Below are positions 25,782 through 39,467 of a stretch of DNA of 64,000 nt, piece after piece. Origin of the DNA: Felis catus (taxonomy: Eukaryota). Location of the stretch: assembly GCF_018350175.1 (NCBI RefSeq), contig NC_058368.1, forward strand, positions 117,120,001 through 117,184,000. Direction: 5' to 3'. The stretch's first letter is position 1, and the number at the start of each line of letters is the position of its first letter. The notes beneath the pieces are model-generated. The model was not told the DNA's origin, did not search any database, and saw only the letters and a program-made list of their open reading frames with translations. A program made the position numbers and the translations under genes.

Positions 25782-25823
25782 TGCAGTTTCCCAGTGCGGA
25801 CTGTGGGCGCCGCTGTTGGCCAA
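25782..25823 (+). promoter_or_regulatory. CSE / CTCF site of the B4 promoter
   Basis: TGCAGTTTC...GTGGGCGCCGCTGTTGGCCAA, with CGCT at 25811. Confidence 0.9.
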
Positions 25824-26051
25824 AGTGCAGAGCTTGGGCACTGGCCATCTTCTCGCGCAGCCGCAGCGCACTTTCCCTGTATCAGGCTCTCTAGCTCGAG
25901 CCTTTACACAACTTCCTCCTCTGGAAAAGAGGGAACCCCGACCCTCACGCTGGAAATATAGCCTGTTCGGAGCTCCGGACATCTGCAGCACAGAGATTAT
26001 TTGTAATCCGGCGTCTCCAGGCCGGTGAGCAACCTGAGGGGAGCAAAAGGG

Positions 26052-28448
26052 ATGGGGAGCGGCGCTGGGGAAAGGGGCTGGGCTGAGAGGCGGCCAGTGC
26101 TCTTTCCCTTCCTGCTGTCTTTGTTCTGCCCGGCGCTCTCAGAGCAGATCCGCTATCGGATTCCCGAAGAAATGCCCGAGGGCTCGGTGGTGGGGAACCT
26201 CGCCAAGGATTTGGGACTCAGCGTCCATGAGTTACCGAGTCGGCAACTGCGCATCAGTTCGGAAAAACCTTACTTCACTGTGAGCGCCAAGAGCGGGGAG
26301 CTACTTGTGAGCGGCAGGCTAGACCGGGAGCAGATTTGTGGGAAGAAGCCAGCCTGTGCTCTGGAATTTGAGGCTGTTGCTGAAAATCCGTTGAACTTTT
26401 ATCACGTGAGTGTGGACATCGAAGATATTAATGACCACACACCAAAATTCACGCAAACTTCTTTTGAGCTGCAAATAAGTGAGTCCACAAACCCTGGGGC
26501 ACGATTTATTTTAGGATCTGCCCATGATGCAGATATTGGTACCAACTCATTACGGAATTACCAGCTCAATCCGAATGATCATTTCTCACTCGTGAATAAA
26601 GAGAAATTAGATGGTAGTAAATACCCTGAGTTGGTACTAAAGATGCCTTTAGACCGGGAAGAGCAGAAATCCTACCAGTTGACCTTGACTGCGTTGGACG
26701 GAGGGAATCCATCCCTAAGTAGTACTGCCCAGATACAGGTCCTAGTGACTGATGCCAATGATAACCCTCCAGTGTTCAGCCAAGAACTATACAGGGTGGG
26801 CCTTCCGGAAAATGTGCTTCCTGGCACCACTGTGCTTCGAGTGATGGCCACCGATCAGGATGAAGGTGTCAATGCCCAGATCACCTTCTCTTTCACTGAA
26901 GCAGGCCAGATCACCCAGTTTGACCTGAATTCTAACACGGGGGAAATTACTATTCTAAATATGTTAGATTTTGAGGAAGTCAAAGAATATTCCATAGTTT
27001 TGGAAGCAAGGGATGGTGGAGGAATGATTGCCCAATGTACCGTCGAGATAGAGGTCCAGGACATAAATGACAATTTCCCAGAAGTGGTAATCCAGTCTCT
27101 ACCGGATCTTATTATGGAGGACACCAAGCTGGGAACACACGTTGCTTTGATTAAAATCCGTGACAAGGATTCTGGATACAACGGAGAAGTTACTTGTAAA
27201 TTAGAAGGTGATGTTCCGTTTAAAATACTCTCTTCTTCTATAAACACCTATAAATTAGTGACAGATGGAGTTCTAGACCGTGAGCAGACCCCTGAGTACA
27301 ATATTACTATCACAGCCACCGACAGGGGAAAACCGCCCCTTTCCTCAAGCTCCAGCGTCACCCTGCACGTTGGCGATGTCAATGACAACGCGCCGGTTTT
27401 CCCACAGCCTTCTTACGTGGTCCACGTGGTTGAGAACAATCCTCCTGGAGCCTCTATCGCCCAAGTCAGCGCCTCCGACCCCGACCTGGGACCCAACGGC
27501 CACGTCTCCTACTCCATCGTGGCCAGCGACCTGGAGCCGCGGGCGCTGGCGTCCTACGTGTCCGTGAGCGCGCAGAGCGGCGTAGTGTTCGCGCAGCGCG
27601 CCTTCGACCACGAGCAGCTGCGCGCCTTCGAGCTGACGGTGCAGGCCCGCGACCAGGGCTCGCCCGCGCTCAGCGCCAACGTGAGCCTGCGCGTGTTGGT
27701 GGGCGACCGCAACGACAACGCGCCTAGGGTGCTGTACCCGGCGCTGGGGCCCGACGGCTCGGCGCTCTTCGACACGGTGCCGCGCGCCGCGCAGCCCGGC
27801 TACCTGGTCACCAAGGTGGTGGCGGTGGACGCCGACTCGGGACACAATGCGTGGCTGTCGTACCACGTGCTGCAGGCCAGCGAGCCCGGACTCTTCAGCC
27901 TGGGGCTGCGCACGGGCGAGGTGCGCACTGCGCGTGCTTTGGGCGACAGAGACGCGGCCCGCCAGCGCCTGCTGGTCGCCGTGCGGGACGGGGGACAGCC
28001 GCCCCTCTCTGCCACCGTGACGCTGCACCTGGTTTTCGCCGACAGCCTCCAAGAAGTACTGCCGGATGTCAGCGACCGCCCGGAGCCCTCTGACCCCCAG
28101 GCCGAGCTGCAGTTTTACTTGGTGGTGGCTTTGGCCTTGATCTCAGTGCTTTTCCTCACGGCAATGACTCTGGCCATAGCCTTGCACCTTCGTCGCTCCT
28201 CCAGCCCCACCACCTGCGGCTGCTTTCAGTACAGTCTCTGTGAAAAATCAGGACCTGTGATTCCTCCCAACTACAGTGAAGGGACTTTGCCTTATTCCTA
28301 CAATTTGTGCGTTGCGCATACGGGAAAGACAGAGTTTAATTTTCTAAAGTGCAATGAGCAATTGAGTTCAGAGCAAGACATACTTTGTGGTGATTCATCC
28401 GGGGCCTTATTTCCACTTTGCAAATCCAGTGAGTCAACCTCCCATCTG
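26052..28448 (+). CDS. PCDHGB4: Protocadherin gamma-B4 variable exon (799 codons)
   Basis: ATG at 26052 (MGSGAGE...); EC1-6 and TM; donor CTG|GTGAGT at 28449. Confidence 0.88.
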
Positions 28449-29581
28449 GTGAGTTTCTTTTAAGCATAACCTGCTTCTTACAATCTATCCAATTCTTTAT
28501 ATTCATAGGAAAAGATACAATTTGTAGATCTAAACGTTTCTTTAAAAAGTAAAATAGCTGTCATACTATTCTTCAAGGAAAGTTGAAATAGGAGCAGTTA
28601 TGTGTCTTTTAGGGGTGTCTTACCAGGCTCAGATCTACAAAGCAGTGAGAGTGTGGTTTTATCAACAAAGGGAAAGAGATGATGTTATAGCCTATCTCCT
28701 AAAAGCTAATGGGACTTTTTTCTAAGTTTTCTTCTTCTTACCTAATATATTAATTTTTTAACTTGGACATTGTGTAAATGTAAAAGTGGACAGGCATTTA
28801 AATAAACCTTTAACAAAAAAAGTTACGCTAACATTAGACATTTTTCTTAACTGATTTAACTGTGGTGTTGTTTCTTGTATTTACTCCCCTTTGTTTCAGA
28901 ACCTTCTGGAATAAGGTATCTTAACATGGATTGTTATGTAGATAGACACATTGCAATTGTGTGCAATGAACTGTGTGTGTGTAAAAGCATTTTACTTAGC
29001 AGTTAGATCATTATGCTCACCAGAAGATAAAAAGCATTTTCTTTTACTTGCAGCACAGGTTTTCCACACACACACTCCTGTATCATTTTGAACTGTCTTT
29101 TTTGCAGCCCTAAGCTAATATAGCTAGAGGTCTTCTAGTCATTCTCTTATCTCTAGGAGAAAAATAGTCTTCAGTTCTTCAAATTTTAGACAAAACTGCC
29201 ACTCTGATGTGCATACAAGTGTAATAGTAAATAATACATTTGTAGATTTCTGTTAGCAACCGCTTCAGTTACTAGCCACTTAACAAACTGCTGAAGAAAA
29301 GAGACGTAGTTTTTTTTCTGTATTGACACTTTCTGACTGTTTAGTGATAATTACGTGTTTCTTTTTGTGGTTCTCTGAATCAAAATACTAATTAGGGTAA
29401 AATTAACTTTGGAATATATGTCTTTCATAAGAAGTTAATTAAGTCTGCACTAAAATATAATCATCTCTCATTTGTGGAAGAATAGGCTGGGGATTGGCTT
29501 TTTGTTGTGTATTTGTTGATATTTTTTAAACATTTTCTATTCAAATAGAAAAAATACATAATTTAAATAAAGTAGCTAAAC

Positions 29582-29682
29582 AGGTTGCCTGGCTGGGTTG
29601 GTTGGTACAGCATGCGATTCTTGATCTCAGGGTTGTGAGTTCAAGCTCCATGTTGGGTGTAGAGATTACTTAAAAATAAATA
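29582..29682 (+). mobile_element. Short CanSINE
   Basis: GCCTGGCTGG...GGTACAGCATGCGATTCTTGATCTCAGGGTTGTGAGTTCAAGC...GGTGTAGAGATTACTTAAAAATAAA. Confidence 0.82.
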
Positions 29683-30274
29683 ATGCAATAGCTAACTAAA
29701 TAAATATGTAAAATAACAAAACAATATAGTCTTTGATGATGATACTTGAAAGTAAAAGCATTTATCCTGTTAAATTTCACAATGTTAATTTGAAAACATT
29801 ATCAATATGTAATTAAAATGGCATTTTAAAAGAATATCTAAAAAGCAACTGAGAGCTTACTATAATGATTAGTTTACATGAAATAAAACACCTTCTGAGT
29901 CAGTCATCTCCAATAGATCTACTTTATTCTAAAAATGAATGAATTTCCAGTGACAACTGGAATCCCTACTCATTTGATAATAGGTTTACAATACAGCTTA
30001 GGGCATAGCACAAAATAAAATTTTAATTGTTTGCATTTTAAGAGTAAATGTATTCCAGAAATGTGAGTAATGTGAGACTAACCCATAAATCTTTTGATAT
30101 CACTTAATAATACTTTATAAAACTTTAACCCTACTTCATCCCATGCTTCTTGGCAATTACTTTTAAAATATGAATTCAGAGACAAGTTAAACACATTAAA
30201 AATAAACTATAAAAGGCAAGAATAATTTTTTTTCTCTCAATACCCTGGCATACACTATTACTTATCTAAGTGGG

Positions 30275-30313
30275 TGCAGTAACTGCTTAGGACTCTAAGC
30301 GCCGCTGTTCACC
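30275..30313 (+). promoter_or_regulatory. CSE / CTCF site of the A8 promoter
   Basis: TGCAGTAAC...TAGGACTCTAAGCGCCGCTGTTCACC, with CGCT at 30303. Confidence 0.9.
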
Positions 30314-30537
30314 TACTTGGAGATAAATTTAACCAAACGCCATCCTGTTAATAAAGGCTCCCATCTTGCAAAGACTCACAGTTCCCACAGACCAACTGCA
30401 AAGCTGCAGCGAAACTCCGTTCCTAAATCTGAGACACTCCAGCTTTATATAAGATGATCTCCATAGCTGCAGCAAAAAGGTAAACAAGACGCATATGCCC
30501 AGTGAAGATTCTGAGTGGATTCAGTAGCGAAAGAACA

Positions 30538-32961
30538 ATGGCCGCCCCAAAGAATTACCAGAGACGCGGCAAGCTGGTCCTGCTGTACACTCTATTGGGC
30601 ACGCTCTGGGAAATCGGGAGAGGACAGATCCACTATTCGGTGCCAGAAGAGAGCGACAAAGGATCCTTTGTGGGTAATATCTCAAAGGACCTGAATCTGG
30701 AGTCACAAGAGCTGGTGAAGCACGGAGTCCGCATCGTCTCTAGAGGTAGGACACAGCTCTTTGCTCTGGATTGGAGAACTGGTAGCTTGATCACGGCGGG
30801 CAGGATAGACCGGGAGGAGATCTGCACTCAGAGCACACAGTGTCTAGTAAATATCAATATCCTAGTTGAGGGCAGAGGAAAACTTTTTGGGATAGAAATA
30901 GAAATCACTGATATCAATGATAATAATCCAAAATTCCAGGTCGAAAATCTGGAAGTAAAAGTTAATGAAATCGCTGCACCTGGAACACATTACCCACTCC
31001 CAGAGGCTGTTGACCCGGATGTGGGCATGAATTCCTTACAGAGCTACCAGCTCAGCCCCAATCACTACTTCTCTCTGGAAGTGCAGACTGGAGATGACGG
31101 AACTCTACACCCAGAGCTGGTGCTGGAGCAGGCCCTGGACCGAGAGGAAGAGGCTGCTCACCATCTGCTCCTCATCGCCTCTGATGGCGGTGACCCGCGT
31201 CGCTCCAGCACAGTGCACATCCACGTGACGGTGTTGGATACAAACGACAATGCCCCGGTTTTTACTCAACCGATTTACCGAGTGAAAGTCCCAGAGAACG
31301 TGGCCCCGGGCACCCTGCTGCTTACTGTGAGCGCTAGCGACCCAGATGAGGGAGCCAATGGAGAAGTGGCCTATAGATTTTGGAAAATTAGTGAAAAGCA
31401 ATCTCCGCTATTCCATCTTAATGAAAATACCGGTGAAATATCAACAGCAGGGAGTCTAGATTATGAAGAATGTGCATTTTATGAAATGGAAATACAAGCT
31501 GAAGATGTGGGGGCACTTTTAGGGAGGACCAAAGTGCTCATTTCAGTGGAAGATGTAAATGACAATAGGCCAGAAGTGATCATTACATCTCTGTTTAGTC
31601 CAGTCTTAGAAAATACTCTTCCTGGAACAGTAATTGCCTTTTTGAATGTGCATGACCGAGACTCCGGGAAGAATGGTCAAGTTGTCTGTTATGCACCTCG
31701 TAATCTACCTTTTCAATTAGAAAAATCAATAGATAATTATTATAGATTGGTGACATGGAACTATCTGGACCGAGAAAAGATCCCTATGTACAACATCACA
31801 GTGACGGCCTCAGATCTAGGAACCCCTTCTCTATCTACTGAAATTCATATCACCCTGTATGTGGCAGATACCAATGACAATCCACCCACTTTCCCTCATG
31901 CCTCCTACTCAGCGTATATCCCAGAGAACAACCCCAGAGGTGCCTCCATCTTCACTGTGATGGCCCACGACCCTGACAGTGGCAACAATGCCCAGGTCAC
32001 TTACTCTGTGACTGAGGATATCATCATGGGGTCACCTGTCTCCTCCTATGTCTCCATCAACTCAGACACAGGCGTCCTATATGCACTGTGCTCCTTCGAC
32101 TATGAGCACTTACGAGACTTGCAGCTACTGGTGACTGCCAGAGACAGCGGAGACCCTCCACTCAGCAGCAACGTGTCTGTGAGCATATTTGTGTTGGACC
32201 AGAATGACAACGTGCCAGAGATCCTGTACCCCACCCTCCCTACGGACGGTTCCACAGGTGTGGAGCTGGCGCCCCGATCCGCAGAGGCCGGATACCTGGT
32301 GACCAAGGTGGTGGCGGTGGATAGAGACTCTGGCCAGAACGCCTGGCTGTCCTACCGCCTGCTCAAGGCCAGTGAGCCAGGACTTTTCACGGTGGGGCTG
32401 CACACGGGCGAGGTGCGCACAGCACGGGCCCTGCAGGACAGAGATGCGCTCAAGCAGAGCCTAGTGGTGGCAGTGCAAGACCACGGCCAACCCCCTCTCT
32501 CGGCCACCGTCATGCTCACCGTGGTGGTGGCCGACAGCATTCCAGCCGTCCTGGCCGACCTGGGTAGCGTCAGGACCTCTGCTAACTCAGACGATTCTGA
32601 CCTCACGCTGTACCTGGTGGTGGCAGTGGCCGCAGTCTCCTGTGTCTTCCTTGCCTTTGTGATCGTGCTGCTGGCTCTCAGGCTGAGGCGCTGGCACTCG
32701 ACGCGCCTGCTTCAGGCTTCAGGAGGCGGGCTGGTGGGCGTGCCCGCCTCGCACTTTGTGGGCGTCGACGGGGTGCAGGCTTTCCTGGAGAAGTATTCCC
32801 AGGAGGTCTCCCTCACCGCGGACTCGCAGGCGAATCACGAGATTTTCCCCCATCCCAACTACGTGGACACACTTATCAGTCTGGAGAGTTGTGAGAAAAA
32901 TGATCCCTTATTAACATCCGTAGATTTTCATGAATGTAAGGATGAAGCTGCTTCTATTCAG
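30538..32961 (+). CDS. PCDHGA8: Protocadherin gamma-A8 variable exon (808 codons)
   Basis: ACAATGG start; [19 protein letters not shown] and LLTSVDFHE match A8 as recalled; donor CAG|GTGAGT at 32962. Confidence 0.9.
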
Positions 32962-33211
32962 GTGAGTTCAGTTCTGTGTACGTTTTAATTCTCAGGGAAA
33001 TTATATTTTTTATAAATTTATGTTTTCGGACATACATTGCGGAGACAGTTCAAAATATTTTGAAAAGGTGTACCACAAAGTTTTTGGTTTGTTTTAGTGG
33101 TAATACTATAAAATTGAGCTCTAATCATGATAGTTGGTTTCATTTGCTCTCCAAAGGCTCGGACAAGATTGTTTAAACATTGATTCTCAACCTTTTAACA
33201 TCTTCCATATA

Positions 33212-33323
33212 TGGGGCACCTGGCCGGCTCATTTGGCAAAGCACGTGACTCTTGATCTCAGGGTAGTGAGTTGGAGCCCCACTTTACATGTGGAGATTAC
33301 CTTAAAATTTTTTAAAAATAAAA
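33212..33323 (+). mobile_element. Short CanSINE
   Basis: GGGGCACCTGGCCGGCTCA...GTGACTCTTGATCTCAGGG...GAGATTACCTTAAAA. Confidence 0.82.
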
Positions 33324-34489
33324 TCCTTTGTATGTTACTATAATTACCACTTATCACTCATTCACTTAAGAAGTAGTTACCCAACCACATATGGTAAGTT
33401 TTTTGTATAAATAGGGGATATATAACTGAGACTTTTAAATCCTTGTATTAGCTTGGTAAAAGTAAAATACATTTCAGAATTTTAGAAATCTGTTTAGGAT
33501 TTGGATCTTGAAGGTCTTGAAGTTTTCTAGGTCTTTGAGGATTTCTTCATTTTAAACCTCTTTTATAAGCCTTGTGCTTGCATCAGCACCCTTCAAAATT
33601 TTAATACTTATTATATTTTAAAACATAAATACATTTGAAAGGATGGATTTTGGTGGGAGGTGAGACTGGTTCCTTTATGTGTCATTGGTCTCCAAGAGCT
33701 CATACTAAAGAAGACGTAGAATCTAAAGCCTGAAATGTCCATCAACCCCCCCCATAAAAACAACAAAATCATACTTTAAATAAAATGTCATTTTGTAGCA
33801 TAAAGAAGAACATGTTTTCACTAAGTTCCAATGAGCTGTTTTGATTGGACAGCCATGTGAAATGTTCTCATGGTGAGAGAGTTTGAGAATGTAGTTTAAA
33901 AAAAAAAGTAGTTTCATGTAAACAGATTCTAAACAAGCTCATCAATTCAACTAAAAATGATTCCATCTAGATTTTATGTCTTCTGTATTCCTTGTTATAG
34001 CATTTTAACAGTGCTTACCATTGATTTGTCATCACATGAGAGTGGAAAACACAATAAATCATTTGTTAGTTATAAAAAGGGCATGTCTGAAGGATTGTGT
34101 AGTGTTCCCTCCTATTTTGCACATCCTATGCGTGGGAGTTAACTTCGTATTTTCTGTAGTGTTTGGGTGCACAGTCATTTGAGGGAACAACTGTATTATT
34201 GACATTTTGCAATTTTTAAGTGTTTTGAAACTTGCCCTGATAGAAAATAAAATCCTTACTCTTGTTCAAAAGATTCACTGATTGTTCAAAAATTTCAACA
34301 AATGGAATAAAATAATTAGAACAAATGACATTTATCCAGGAAATTTATGCAAATAAACTTACCAGAAGCTCAATTCCAAAGTCATTGCTTCAGTATTACA
34401 TAGATACATAGATCAGAAAGTCAGGTGGTCTGCTGAAGTATCCCTTTGTGACTTTATATTGAAGAATAAACATTTCCCTAGTGACTTTT

Positions 34490-34710
34490 TTTTTTAAATT
34501 TTTTCAACGTTTTTATTTATTTTTTGGGACAGAGAGAAACAGAGCATGAACGGGGGAGGGGCAGAGAGAGAGGGAGACACAGAATCGGAAACAGGCTCCA
34601 GGCTCCGAGCCATCAGCCCAGAGCCTGACGCGGGGCTCGAACTCACGGGCCGCGAGATCGTGACCTGGCTGAAGTCGGACACTTAACCAACTGCGCCACC
34701 CAGGCGCCCC
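34490..34710 (-). mobile_element. Young feline-type SINE (SINEC_Fc-like) with perfect TSD
   Basis: CpG-rich body (CCGAGCCATCAGCCCAGAGCCTGACGCGGGGCTCGAACTCACG...GGCGCCCC); TTCCCTAGTGACTTTT at 34474-34489 and 34711-34726. Confidence 0.95.
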
Positions 34711-35423
34711 TTCCCTAGTGACTTTTAAGAATGAATTCATGTATGATGTTGGGCATGACATAAGCCAAGTAATTGTGAGATATGAAGAAGGAGGTAGAGT
34801 AAATCATCCCTTGGCTACATCATAGGGACAGGTTTTTTAAAAATGAATGCTTCCTTAGGTAGTCAAACGAGTAAAAATTTTTTTGAAGAGAGTGTTGATA
34901 TTATCAGAAGGAGATGCTTGAGGATTGGTATGAAACTGCAAAGCTTTACAGAATAGTTTTCAACACTATTGGTATTCTCTAATACATATTATATTAAATA
35001 ACATTTATAATGTAGAGATGTTGGGGGAAACATTTAGGAATCGTGAAAGAAGATTAAGATTGTTTCACATATCATACCTAATAAACAGAAATGAATTTGT
35101 GAATACAGTATATGATAAAATTTCTAAGGTCAAGACCTGTGTCTTATTCATTGTTGCATTGTTATATCATCACTGACAAGGGCACTACTAAGTACAAGGC
35201 AAGAGTTCAATGTATGTTTGTAGTAGGGTGAAATGGATGGACCAGATATGTCGGTTAATATAAAAACTCATCACATTTCTAATAATTTGGAAACAAGAGA
35301 AAATATATATTAAAGAAGGCTTTATAATTTAAGATATTAAATATATTAACATTAAAACGTGGCTTGTTCAGTTAGGCGCTGGATTGTGATTATTGTAACT
35401 GGTTAAACTGAAGCAGCAGGGGC

Positions 35424-35465
35424 TGCAGTTTCCCAGTGCGGACTGTGGGCGCCGCTGTTGGCCAA
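35424..35465 (+). promoter_or_regulatory. CSE / CTCF site of the B5 promoter (identical to that of B4)
   Basis: Same sequence as 25782-25823, with CGCT at 35453. Confidence 0.9.
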
Positions 35466-35693
35466 AGTGCAGAGCTTGGGCACTGGCCATCTTCTCGCGC
35501 AGCCGCAGCGCACTTTCCCTGTATCAGGCTCTCTAGCTCGAGCCTTTACACAACTTCCTCCTCTGGAAAAGAGGGAACCCCGACCCTCACGCTGGAAATA
35601 TAGCCTGTTCGGAGCTCCGGACATCTGCAGCACAGAGATTATTTGTAATCCGGCGTCTCCAGGCCGGTGAGCAACCTGAGGGGAGCAAAAGGG

Positions 35694-38102
35694 ATGGGGA
35701 GCGGCGCTGGGGAAAGGGGCTGGGCTGAGAGGCGGCCAGTGCTCTTTCCCTTCCTGCTGTCTTTGTTCTGCCCGGCGCTCTCAGAGCAGATCCGCTATCG
35801 GATTCCCGAAGAAATGCCCGAGGGCTCGGTGGTGGGGAACCTCGCCAAGGATTTGGGACTCAGCGTCCATGAGTTACCGAGTCGGCAACTGCGCATCAGT
35901 TCGGAAAAACCTTACTTCACTGTGAGCGCCAAGAGCGGGGAGCTACTTGTGAGCGGCAGGCTAGACCGGGAGCAGATTTGTGGGAAGAAGCCAGCCTGTG
36001 CTCTGGAATTTGAGGCTGTTGCTGAAAATCCGTTGAACTTTTATCACGTGAGTGTGGACATCGAAGATATTAATGACCACACACCAAAATTCACGCAAAC
36101 TTCTTTTGAGCTGCAAATAAGTGAGTCTACGGTGCCAGGCACACGGTTTATATTAGAAGCAGCGGAAGATGCCGATATTGGCTTAAACTCTCTGCGGATT
36201 TATAAACTCTCTCTTAGCCCTAGTTTCTCATTGATAAATAAAGAGAAACAAGATGGTAGTAAATACCCAGAATTGGCGTTGGAGAAACGTTTAGACCGGG
36301 AACAACAGAGTTACCATCGTTTAGTTCTGACTGCCATGGATGGCGGAGATCCCCCACTAAGCGGCACCACTGAGCTCCGTATCCAGGTCACTGATGCCAA
36401 TGATAACCCCCCTGTATTCAACCAGGACATGTACAGAGTAAGCCTTCCAGAAAACGTGCCCCCAGGCACCACAGTGCTGCAAGTATCAGCCACTGACCAA
36501 GATGAAGGCATCAACTCGGAAATCACTTATTCTTTCTACAGGACTGGGCAAGTCTTCAGTCTGAATTCAAAGAGCGGGGAAATTACAACTCTAAGAATGC
36601 TGGATTTCGAAGAAATCAAGGAATATTCTATAGTGGTGGAAGCGAGGGATGGTGGAGGACTGGCTGCACAATGTACAGTTGAAATTAATATTCAAGATGA
36701 AAATGACAACAGCCCAGAAATTACATTCCATTCTCTAGTCGAAATGATTCTGGAAAACGCAGCGCCAGGAACGCTAATTGCTTTGATCAAAATATACGAT
36801 CAAGATTCCGGGGAGAATGGGGAGGTTAATTGTCGATTAGAGGGTGAAGTTCCTTTTCAGATAATCTCTTCATCAAAAAATTCATATAAATTGGTAATAG
36901 ATGGGACTCTGGACCGAGAACAGACCCCAGAGTACAATGTCACCATCACAGCCACCGACAGGGGAAAGCCGCCCCTCTCAGCTAGCAAAAGTGTCACTTT
37001 GATCATCACTGATATCAACGACAACGCTCCGGTTTTCCTCCAGGCCTCCTACATGGTTCACGTGATGGAGAACAACCCTCCAGGAGCCTCCATCGCCCAA
37101 GTCAGCGCCTCCGACCCCGACCTGGGACCCAGCGGCCACGTCTCCTACTCCATCGTGGCCAGCGACCTGGAGCCGCGGGCGCTGGCGTCCTACGTGTCCG
37201 TGAGCGCGCAGAGCGGCGTAGTGTTCGCGCAGCGCGCCTTCGACCACGAGCAGCTGCGCGCCTTCGAGCTGACGGTGCAGGCCCGCGACCAGGGCTCGCC
37301 CGCGCTCAGCGCCAACGTGAGCCTGCGCGTGTTGGTGGGCGACCGCAACGACAACGCGCCTAGGGTGCTGTACCCGGCGCTGGGGCCCGACGGCTCGGCG
37401 CTCTTCGACACGGTGCCGCGCGCCGCGCAGCCCGGCTACCTGGTCACCAAGGTGGTGGCGGTGGACGCCGACTCGGGACACAATGCGTGGCTGTCGTACC
37501 ACGTGCTGCAGGCCAGCGAGCCCGGACTCTTCAGCCTGGGGCTGCGCACGGGCGAGGTGCGCACTGCGCGTGCTTTGGGCGACAGGGACGCGGCCCGCCA
37601 GCGCCTGCTGGTCGCCGTGCGGGACGGGGGGCAGCCGCCCCTCTCTGCCACCGCCACGCTGCACCTGGTTTTCGCCGACAGCCTCCAAGAAGTACTGCCG
37701 GATGTCAGCGACCGTCCGGAGCCCTCTGACCCCCAGGCCGAGCTGCAGTTTTACCTGGTGGTGGCTTTGGCCTTGATCTCGGTGCTCTTCCTCCTTGCGG
37801 TGATTCTGGCGGTGGCCCTGCGCCTGCGCCGCTCCCCCAGCCCCGCTGCCTGGGGCTGCTTTCAGCCTGGTCTTTGTGTCAAGTCTGGACCTGTGGTTCC
37901 TCCTAACTACAGTGAGGGGACTTTGCCTTATTCCTACAATTTGTGCGTTGCCCAGACTGGAAAGACAGAGTTTAATTTTCTAAAATGTAATGAGCAGTTG
38001 AGTTCAGGACAAGATATACTACTTTGCAGTGATTCATCTGGGGCCTTATTTCCGCTTTGTAATTCCAGTGAGTCGACTTCCCATCCTGAAACTCAAATGG
38101 CG
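35694..38102 (+). CDS. PCDHGB5: Protocadherin gamma-B5 variable exon (803 codons)
   Basis: ATG at 35694; EC1 identical to B4, EC2-EC4 distinct; donor GCG|GTGAGT at 38103. Confidence 0.88.
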
Positions 38103-38439
38103 GTGAGTTTTGTTTAAGTGTCTACTCCTTTTCATCATCTATCCACTTTTTCATACTTCTATGAAAATATATTATGGTTCTAAGGTTAGCGAGTTGTCTT
38201 AAGGGTATTACAGCTCATCAGAGAGCTGTACTAACATTTTTTAAAGAGAGTGGTGATTTGGGAGTAGTTATGTGATATATAATAGAGTTATTGCACCAAG
38301 TTCAGATTTACAAAGTAGGGAGAGTGTGCTTCTTACTTCACATTGGAAGTATTATATCAATTTCTTATTGCTTTTTTCAAAGGTAATGAAACTTATCCAC
38401 TGATTGCCTCATTTATTTAAAATATTTGAATTAAAAAAT

Positions 38440-38864
38440 TTAAAAAAATTTTTAAGGGTTATATTTATTCATTAGAGAGACAGAGCACAAGCGGGGGGGG
38501 GGCGGGAGCAGAGAGAGAGAGAGGCATAGAATCCAAAGCAGGCTCCAGGCTCTGAGCTGTCAGCACAGAGCTGACGCAGGGCTCAAAATCATCAACCATG
38601 AGATCATGACCTGAGATGAAGTCAGATGCTCAAGGACTGAGCCACCCAGGTGCCCCTTTAAAATTTTTTTTTAATGTTTATTCATTTTTGAGAGAGAGAC
38701 AGAGTGTGAGTGGGGGAGGGGCAGAGAGCGAGGGAGACAGAATTGGAAGGAGTACCTAGGGTCTGAGCTGTCAGCACAGACAGAACCTGATGTGGGGCTC
38801 GAACTCAGGAATCTAGCCTGAGCTGAAGTTGGATGCTTAACCAACTGAGCCATCCAGGGACCCC
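38440..38864 (-). mobile_element. Two tandem CanSINEs (~38440-38656 and ~38662-38864)
   Basis: Two SINE bodies in the same orientation; TAAAATATTTGAA flanks the pair. Confidence 0.88.
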
Positions 38865-39467
38865 TAAAATATTTGAAATTTTGTTACATGTAAGTAAACA
38901 TTAAATTTAAAATAGGCATTCATTTAACTCATCTTTTAAAGCAAAAAAAACTACTACTAGCTATCTCCTTTGCTGATTTCACTAGTACAGTTTCCATCTT
39001 TTTTATGTTTATTCCTCATGTCTGGTTCTTTGTATCTACCTAGTCATGACTCTGTGAATGCCCTAAAACTGTAAGGAAAATAGTGTGGGTGGAGGGCGTA
39101 GAGAAAGGCTCAGTAAACTCATTAGAAGGTCCAGTTCATTATCTGTGTTCCTCTAAGTTTTCTTGATTGCAAAATCCTCCTCTACGCTTATAGTTAATTT
39201 AAGAAAAAAACACTTGACACAAGAAAAGGAAATGCTGTTGCCTCTATCACTTGAGGCCAGGAAGAGGGGGTGAGTCACTGGATTTGTCTTATTATTTGGA
39301 GCTCTAAACATTAGTGATTAGAGGAAAGAGAATCCCAAATTTTCCACTCTTATGGCAAAAATTACTAATTTTATGTGCAAAGTTGCCATTTCTTAAATAT
39401 CAGTCTTTTTCTTGGTCTCCCCTAGTAACTGCTTCAGTAAATGATTTCTTTACAAATTGCTGAAAGA

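Noticed and set aside
29582..29682. tRNA-like sequences with A/B boxes (also 11140, 18823, 33212, 57877)
   Set aside because: Short CanSINEs with A-rich tails, not genuine tRNA genes.
20229..35693. N-terminal extensions in the ORF track (20229, 26025, 30502, 35667)
   Set aside because: They begin at GTG codons; downstream ATGs in good Kozak context precede the signal peptides.
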